Source of the DNA: Cyanophora paradoxa CCMP329
Taxonomy: Eukaryota > Plantae > Glaucophyta
NCBI GenBank assembly: GCA_004431415.1
Contig: QPMI01000410.1
Span: 1-30,283 of the forward strand
Length of the DNA: 30,283 nucleotides
Direction of reading: 5' to 3'
Shown here: in pieces, positions 20,201 to 28,200 of the stretch
How positions within the stretch are numbered: position 1 is the stretch's first letter
Layout: each line of letters opens with the position of its first letter
Notes under the pieces: generated by a model
The model's database searches: none
The model's input: only the letters and a program-made list of their open reading frames with translations
What the model was told of the DNA's origin: nothing
Program-made: the position numbers and the translations under genes

Positions 20201-21550
20201 TGGTTCGACCTGCAGGTGCTGGATCCCCGGCCATTTCAGGCCCGCTGAGCGAGCAGGTACGCCGACGAAATGAGCAGGGATAGCAGCGGTAAACGCTCGC
20301 TGTCCGGCAGTGCGCTCGAGTCTGAGGCGAGGCCCCAGACGTTCGAGGCGGGCGCGTGCCGCTCCACGACAATAGCATGTCGTCCCAAGCTTTCAGCGAG
20401 GCGACGTCGAGCTCATTGGGGTCGTCGGGCCAAAGATCCTCAGGATCAGGGGCCGAGCCAATACCCGAGCACTTGGTGACGGGGTGGCTGAGTTGGGCAC
20501 CGCGGATTGCGAGCATCGCAATGCTCGAATCGGGGCCCTCCTGGAGGCGGTAATCGAGCTTGGCGATCGTCGCCGCAGCCTCGATCACGCAGGCGAGGAG
20601 TGAGCCTCGGTGCGGTGAGCCAGGCGACCCAGCAGCAGGCGCTCGGGGCGCCGCAGGCCGCAGGCCCCCAGGAACCGGTCAAGGGCTATGCCTTTCGGGC
20701 CCTCCTGGGCGAGTTCGCGAACGAGCAGCGTCTGCTTCGCGTCGTCGAGGCCGTTCGTGAAGAGCAGCCCAATGGCGCGCTCTAGGTCACGGGGCTTGGC
20801 CGTCAAGTGGGCGTACCACTTTGTGAGCGGCATGAGCACCGGGCTCACGTAGCGGGGCAAGTAGGGCCCGCCCTCGCGCTCGCCCTCTTTCTCCACGTCC
20901 GTGGCAGGCACGTGGTCATACGGCATGTAATCCAGTGCCCACGACTTCGTGGAGCACCGGGTGGTGCCTGGGGCACGTCGCGGTCCGGAGAACCGAACGG
21001 CCCGAAATAGGCGGGCTTCGAGGTGTCGCTGGCGTAGGGCGCGGAGCCCTGGCCAGGGTCGGAGCTCGGGGCGGACTCGGAGTCCGTGTCGAGCCGCTCG
21101 GCGTCGCTCTCCCCAAGCTCGGACTCCCCGGAGCCGTCCTCGCTGGCCGGGTTGGCGCAGCGGAGGTCCCGCTCGAACGCAGCCTCGCGAGTGGCATCGT
21201 CGAGGGCGCCAGCCGAGATGTCCGCCGCAGCGGCATCGAAGGCGGCCTGGTCGCGCGCCTTGGCGGCCATGGCGAGGGCGTCGGACGGCTGGCGGACCGC
21301 TGCAACGGCCGCAGCCTCGTCCGAGTCGGAATCCGTGCCACGGGCATCACATGTACAGACAGCGACCGAATGGACGGGCCGCCCGGAGGGGCGCCGGCGT
21401 TCGGGTTGCCGCCTGCAGACGAGGAGCTGGCGCCACGCGCGCTCTCGTGCAGGGCGGCCTGCTGCTGCATCACTTGCAGGTGCTGGAAGAATGCAGCCAT
21501 GGCGGCCGAGTTCGGCGAGTCAGAGCGGGGCTCGTTCTCGGCGCGAACTT
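17280..21550 (-). CDS. Unknown retrotransposon-encoded protein region, proximal part
   Basis: A chain of abutting or overlapping minus-strand ORFs (21500-20916, 21270-20845, 20926-20585, 20588-19971, 20149-19367, 19370-18567, 18780-17737, 17765-17277) with W/F/Y-rich globular composition and acidic/Pro-Ala spacers. No family recognised. Confidence 0.7.
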
Positions 21551-23238
21551 GGTTGAACCGGGCCGCTGCCCGCGGTTCATGTCCTGGCCGTAGCCCCGGC
21601 CGCGTCCGCCGCGGCCCTGTGACTCAGCGTCCGGCAGTCCCGGCGGATGTGGTCCAGAGACCCGCAGGTCCAGCAGCCCGGCTCACGGTCGTCCTGGGCG
21701 CTCTTCTCCTTGCCCTTCCCCAGCGGGCGCTGGTTCGGGCCGGAGGCAGGGGCGCGGGTGGCGCCGCCCGGCTGTAGCCGCCGCCGCGGTCCCGGCCGAA
21801 GCCGCCGCGGTCGTTGCGGTAGCCGCCGCGGGCGTACGGCTCCTGGCGGTGCCCGCCGCGGTGCGAGAACCCGCCGCGGGTCGGGCCGGGCTCGCTGCGC
21901 TCATCGGCGCATCCTCCTCGCGCGCCGGCCGATCGCGGCGCCGCGCGCGCTTATCCGCAATCCCTTTCACCCACTCGAGTATGGGATATTGGGGAAGGGG
22001 CCGTGCCCACACGCAGTTCCACGTAAAGTGGCAGCGGTCGAGGGCCGGCATCTCCACGTGCATGCACAGGGGCATGGGGACGTGGTCGTGCTCGGGTACC
22101 CCAGGCGCTCCTCGTCGGGGTGCCGGCGACCCGCGACGGGCGCGCCCTGCGGAGCCTTCGTGCCCGGGGCCGCATTGACGGACTTGACGGGCACGGCCTC
22201 GATGGGCTCGTCGCCGTCGTCGTCGCTGGCGGCGGCCGCTACCGGCGCCAGCTTGCGCACGCGGGGCTTCTTAGCCTCCGGCGCCTCGAGTGCGGCCGTG
22301 GCCGTGGGGGGCAGCACGGTGCGGCAGCCGTGCGTCTTGCACGCTGCGACGAAGATTTCGTCGAGCTGGAGCGGCGACAGGGCGCCGTCCTGTGCAAGGA
22401 TGCGCTGCTGCAGCGCGGCGAGGAACGCGCGCAGAGTGCGCTCGTTCGCCTGGGCGAACCCGGCCATCCGAACATCGAGGTTCTGATATTCCGGGTCCTC
22501 GCTCGTCGAGCGGGCCTCGAGCGCAGTGCGCAGACACTCCGCATAGTACACGGCGAGGCGCTGGCCCTGGGGCAGCGTGTGCTGCACTAGGGGCATGAAC
22601 CAGTCATGCCATGAGCGCGGGTCCTCGCCCGTGTAGGGCTCAGTGAGAGCCCGGCGGGCCGCGTGCGGGCGCGTCTCATGAATCCATGCCGTGATCGTCG
22701 CGAGGAGCCGGGGGCACGCAAGTACGAGTCACGCACGGCCACGATAGTGGCATGATCGCGCGCGCAGCTCTGCTGCAGCGCCAAGATTGCAGCCTCATCC
22801 TCGGCAGTCCGCAGATCAGCCGGGACAAGTCCGAGACGAGCGAGCAGGGCGCGGTCACGCTCCAGGCCAGCAATAGAGGCCTCATAGAGGTCGCGCTTAC
22901 GCTCAATCTCGGCGCGGAGGGCGCCGGGGCGGATGCGCCCGACGATCACTCCGGCAAGCGCCTCAGACTTAGTATACTCCTGGCCGCCGCAGTGTCCGGG
23001 CCAAAGAGATACTTCGTCGGCTGAGCCGACTGGAAGTTCCGGACATCCTTCCGGAACCGGTCACCGTCGGCGAGGCGCGGCTTCGCGGGGAGGAAGGCGA
23101 TCCGCGCGGATCATCCTCCGCCGCAGCGGCGGTGCCAGCGAGCTGCACAGCAAGTTCGGCCTTCGCAGGCTCAACGTGCGCAAGTGCGGACAGCTGGCTA
23201 CGGACTTCAGAACTGATCAGTTCAGAAGTGTTCGACAT
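21550..23238 (-). CDS. Putative Gag (helical capsid-like region, Cys/His knuckle, RGG tail), frameshifted
   Basis: First coding region after the PBS (candidate ATG at 23238, MSNTSEL). It contains a coiled-coil-like LRAEIERKRDLYEASIAGLERDR, YTGEDPRSWHDWF (22635-22597), helical RAFLAALQQRILAQ, CMH..RCHFTWNC (22066-22013) and GRGGRGRG (~21600). The assignment is positional. Confidence 0.6.
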
Positions 23239-23686
23239 ATTGCTCTCTTTGCAGCGTATAGCCACGAGAACAGAATGCCAGGGCACAAGATTTGAGCTGC
23301 AGCGCACTGCAGATCCGGGACACGGTCTTCTCGTGGCGTGCGAGAACCGACTCAGGGACACTCAGAGAACTGCCGCTGGCAGACTCCGGGCACAGTGTGC
23401 GACGCGAAGCGTGCAACCGGCGAAGGGACACAGACAATGATTGAGACTCTCGCGAGAGCTCGTGCGTGCGCTTCGGTCTGGGGATGCACCGAAGCCGCGA
23501 GGGACACTAGAGTCACTTCCGAAGCACAATCAGCCCGCCAGAGGCGACGCGGCCGAAGTGTGCAGCGTAGCACGCCACAAGTGGCGGTCGCCCGGAAAGC
23601 TCGTCCCAGATCTCTTTAAGCTTATGCGAGGCGGCGCGGCGAGGCGCGCGGCGCGGGCAGAGCCTGGAAGTCCAGCGACCCTTGAA

Positions 23687-23711
23687 GGTTCGATTCCGGC
23701 AGAATGGCGCC
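23687..23711 (-). promoter_or_regulatory. Primer-binding site (complement of a tRNA 3' end)
   Basis: Minus-strand GGCGCCATTCTGCCGGAATCGAACC abuts the 5' LTR. Its complement GGTTCGATTCCGGCAGAATGGCGCC reads as a tRNA T-loop through to CC(A). The usual leading T of TGG is absent. Confidence 0.82.
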
Positions 23712-23994
23712 TGTCGCGTGCGAGATTAGTGTGTCTAATCGTGCGCGCGGGAAGCCCGTGCGGAGTGCAAGCTCGGCAGGGCGGGGTTTGGCGAGTGCTG
23801 CTGCTGTTAGCCACCGGGATGGTAGACTGAGGGTGTACCCGTCCAGCTACGGCGTACCCCGACACACGCATACAAGTGACCGCGGCGCTCTAACTAGCCT
23901 AGGCGCCGTCGATCTAGCAGCACGAAGGCTGCGCACATCATCTAGAACCCTAGCGGCTCACAAACGAGCATCCGCTATAATGTCGGATGCGACA
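23712..23994 (-). repeat. 5' LTR (283 bp)
   Basis: Identical copy of 2502-2784, followed on the minus strand by the PBS. Confidence 0.97.
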
Positions 23995-23999
23995 GCGAC
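23995..23999. repeat. Right TSD GCGAC of the LTR element
   Basis: GCGAC immediately follows the right LTR. Confidence 0.93.
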
Positions 24000-24557
24000 G
24001 ACCGTCGGACGCCTCCAAGTGCGGCGCCGGCTGCTCGATTTCTTCCAGATTTCCTTCGAATTTCCGTGTTGATTCCCGATCCGAGCAGGTTCCTGACGCC
24101 GTACATGGAGGGGATCGAGCACCCGATGCACCCGAACGAGCTGATGGTGATCGTGCAGAGCGACCCCTTCCAGAAGCTCGACCAGGAGGGCGTCGGGCAG
24201 CTCATGCGCATGGCCGTCGAGCGCGGGCGCGCCGTGCGGCCGGACCTCGCGTGCGGCATCTGCGGGGAGCACGGGGGGGAGCCGAGCTCGGTCAAGTTCT
24301 GCCACCGCATCGGCCTCGACTACGTCTCCTGCTCGCCCTTCCGCGTCCCCGTGGCGCGCCTGGCGGCGGCCCAGGCGGCCGTCGAGGAGCCCGGCTTCGT
24401 CTCCGACTCCACCTCCGCGGGCGCCAAGACATGGTCCGAATTTGCCGCGCTTCTAGATCTTCCGAATGCAGACGCAGTGCCGGGGCGCCGCTCACTCGCT
24501 CGTCACAGCTGTGAATTCGGGTTGTCGCCATCGACGCCAAGCGGCTGCGGGATGTAA
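23995..24557 (+). CDS. PPDK: Pyruvate phosphate dikinase, 3' exons resuming after the retrotransposon
   Basis: The sequence continues D...ASK, then intron 24019-24088, then FLTPYME...[15 protein letters not shown]...[42 protein letters not shown], the canonical PPDK C-terminus. The stop position is uncertain because a further intron after ~24432 is possible. Confidence 0.93.
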
Positions 24558-25214
24558 TTTTGTGCAGTGATGTAATCCATGTAGATATCGTTTGCAAATC
24601 GACGAAAAGGTGTACATGTACATGTATTCGCAGATGTAATCGTAGCTATAGTCATTTTCGAGTTGACATTTGGCTTCGAATTCTTCTTTTTGGCCGAGAT
24701 CGCATGGGCGATCGACTTTCGCTTTCCTGTGTACACGTAGAAGTCATTGAAATGTACAGTTTAGTCGTTAGCGCTAGCTGTAGTACAGCCTAGGACAATC
24801 TTCGTGGCCTGGTAGAGCCTGCCTTCAGCCTGGCAGCCTCAGCTGCAGGGGGCTGTCACATTGTAGGGCCCGTTCACCATCGATCGCAACACGAGCCCGC
24901 ATTCGAGATTCGCTCTCGCCGGCGGCCAGCCTCGCATCGGAGCTCGAGGCTGAGGCGCGAACTTGCGACACGACGATGGAACTTGATCACGTGCACCGAG
25001 TCATGATCATCACTCCCAAGATTTTTCCTTGTGATTAGCCGCGAAGTGTGGTTGTAAATTTCGTGAGCAATTGTGATCGCTGACTACGTGTACGACAACG
25101 GCACTGTCTGCCGCGCGGGTTCGAGTTCCCTACATCTGCAAAGCACGCACGCGCACGCCCTGCTCCGTGGCAGCGGCGGCCCTACTGGGTGCGGGGGGGC
25201 CCCCCGGCCCGGGC

Positions 25215-28200
25215 CTAGTAGCGGCGGTCGAGCTCGAGGGTCTTGAGCTTGTCGTGGAAGTCGGCGAGCGCCGCCGCCACCACCTCCGCCAGCGCGTCCT
25301 CCTGCGGCGGGCGCGGGGCTTGAGGAGGGAGCCGGGGCGGGGCGGGGGCGGGGCGGGGGCGGGGCGGGGGCACCTCCTCCTCGGCGAGGAGCTTGGCGAG
25401 GGAGGCGGAGAGGGTCTTGAGGACGAGCTTGAAGTCGTTGAGGACGAACCAGACGTCGCCGGCCTCGAGGCGGTTCCCCGCCTCCAGGTCCCGCCCTGCC
25501 CGTGGCCCATGAAGTCGTACAGGTACGCGTTCTGCGCGGCGCGGCGCGGCAGAGTGAGATGGGCCGGGGCGGCGGGAGCACGGGCGGGGCGGGGCGGGGC
25601 GGGGCGGGGCGGGCCTGGAGGGTGCCGGTGCGCTTGCGCGATGCGCGGACGGTCGAGGGACGACCGGCACGCTCGCCGGCTCCACGCGCACCCCTCCCGC
25701 ACCGAGCCCTGCGCGCCCGCCGGGCTCGGGAGGGAGGCGGGGCGGAGGGGCGAGGGGTGCGGACGACGAGGTCCTCGACGGTGTCGAAGCGGTCGCCTTG
25801 CCGGCGATGGCCGAGAAGGGCGAGCGCGCCTGCGGCCCGAGGGTGAGGCGCCTCTCATGAAGCCAAGCCTCCGGGGCGGGGGAGGGCGCACGAGAAGGGG
25901 ATGCGGCGGCGGCGTCGTCGCCGGCGAGGAGGGCGGGGCCGGGGCCGGGGCGCCGTGGCGGCCGAGGCCGTCCACGCGGGGCTCGTCACCCCCGAGAGCG
26001 GCAGCTTCGGCGCCTGCCGCCCCGCCGCCCCCTGAGCCCGGGCGAGGAGGGCGGGGGGCGGGAGGGCGGGGGCGGCGACCTCCTCGAAGGCGCGCTTGCA
26101 GCCGCGGCGCGGAGGAAGGCGCGGAGGGAGCGGGCCGCGAGCCGCAGGGCCGCCGCGTTGTGCCGGTCCAGCACCGCCTCCACCTCCTGCCCGCAGCAGC
26201 GCAGAGCAGCGCGGCGTCAGAGGGGGAGGGAGCGAGGGAGGGGGAACGGGAGGGAGGGGCTCGCCTCGGGAGGGCGGGGAGGGTGCCGATGGAGGCGCTC
26301 TTCGGCGGTACGCCGCAGCACCGACCGCGGCGTCCTGCGGCCGTCGGTGAGTCGGGCAAGCCGGGCGGGCTCCTGCTTGCGGGCGGGCGCGGGCACCGGA
26401 TGACGCCGAAGAGGTGGGAGAGGACGAGGACCAGGCGCCGCGCCGCCTCCGCCACGTTCGGGCGCCCCTGCGCAGCGGCGGGGGCGCTCAGGCGGGCGGA
26501 GCCCTCTGGGCGCCCTGGCCGGGCTCGCCTGGGCGGCCCCGGGGCGCGGAGGCCCTCCTCGACGACCCGTGGAGGGCGCCCGAGCCGACCAGGCGGCACA
26601 GCGCGAAGCACGCCGGGTCCGAGTTGAAGAGGTGCACCGCCAGCCCTGCCCCGCCGCTCGGGGGCGCGGGGAGGGAGGGCGGGCGGGGCGAGGGGGCGCA
26701 CGGAGAGGCCGTCGAGGGAGGCGTCGCGGTCGATGTAGCGCGAGCGGCGCAGGTACTCCAGCGCGTACCGCACCCTGCCCCGGGCGCTGAGCGGGGGGGG
26801 GGGGGGGGGCGCGGAGCACGCGTGGAGCAGGCGGGCGACCGGTGGTAGACCTGGGCGCCGAGGGAGTCGCCGCCGTGGCAGAAGAGCGGCTGCCCGAGCA
26901 GCGAGAGGACCTTCTCCCCCGTCCGCTCCCGCCGCTCGTCCGCTCCTTGGCTGCGCCGCGATGCGATGCGAGGCTGCGCTCAGCGGCGCGGGCGAGGGGT
27001 GACCAGGCCGAGCAGGGCGGACCGGGGAGCGGGGGCCGGCCGACGGGCTGCATGCAGGACTGCGTGTAGAGGCAGAGGGAGCGCAGCACGAGGGACGTGG
27101 AGAGCGGGTAGTGCCCTGCCGGCAGCGGGAGCGGTCAGAGGGGGGGGGGGGAGGGGGCGGGCGGGGGGGCGGACCGCGGAGGCGGGCATGTCGGCGATGA
27201 GGAGGCGGTTGAGCTTGGGGCGGGGCAGCCCGAAGAGACCACGTGCCCGATGTCGTCTGCGCGGCGGCGCCCGGCTCAGGCGAGGAGGGGGTGGAGGCGG
27301 GGGGCGCGGGCGGGGGCGCACCGAAGCCGCGGCGGCCGGCGCGGCCGGACTCTGGCGGTACTGGAGGGCGTTGAGGAAGACCGAGTCGCCGGCGAAGACC
27401 ACGTGCGGCACGGCATGTTGATCCTGCCCGCCCCCCTCAGCGCCGCCCCGCGGTCGGGCGGCGCTGGAGCGGAGGCGGACCCGAGGGCGAGGTGCCGGTG
27501 GCGAGGACGACCTTGATGTGCTTGCGCCGGAAGAGGATCTCCACCGCCTCGCGTACTTCTTGTTCAGGCCTGAGGCGCCCGGGTGTCACGCGCCAAGGCC
27601 CCGGCGGGGGGAAGGCAGGCGAGGCGGGCCCCGCACCGGCGTGGTGGACGCCGATGCCGCGGCGGAGGAGCCGCACGAGCGGGCCGTACCTGCCGCCCCG
27701 CCCCGCGCGCCTCAGCGGAGCCGGGTGCGGGGCGGGCGGGGCGGACGGGGGTCGCGGGCGAGCTTCCACTTGACCTCCTCCATGAAGTCGCGTACTCGCT
27801 GTCCGTCATCCCTCGTTCTGCCCCCGCGCCCCGCGGCGTCACCGGTCTGCAGCGGGCGGGCGGGCCGCGGGCCGCGGGCGGGGCGCGCCTTCTTGACGAA
27901 GGTGAGGTCCTCGTCGCACGGGTCTCCTCCACCTCCTCCGCCAGCGACTCTGCGGCGGCCGGGGTTGGCGCCGGGGGCGGCCGGCGGGGCGGGGCGAAGG
28001 GGGCGGACCGAGGGCGCCCTCCTGGGCCATCTCCTCCATCTCGCGGCCCTTCATCTTCTGCGAGGCCTTCTCCATCGCCTTGCGCGCCGCCTCCCGCGCG
28101 CCTTCTTCGCTCCCGGTCCCGCACCTGCCCCGCCCCCGCCTCAGCCCGCCTGCTTCTTCCTCGCCCGGGCGCCGCCCGGCGGGGCGGACCTTGCGGCGGC

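Larger units (their letters stand above)
2502..23994 (-). mobile_element. Full-length giant Ty3/Gypsy LTR retrotransposon (21,493 bp; ~16.75 kb without the nested insertion)
   Basis: Two 283-bp direct LTRs (TG...CA), 5-bp TSD, PBS next to the right LTR, PPT next to the left LTR, and minus-strand domain order gag-PR-RT-RH-IN (Gypsy order). Confidence 0.97.

Noticed and set aside
23620-23711. Complete tRNA gene on the + strand (GGTTCGATTCC)
   Set aside because: There is no matching 5' acceptor strand, D-arm or full T-stem upstream. Only the 3' ~25 nt are tRNA-like, as expected for a PBS.
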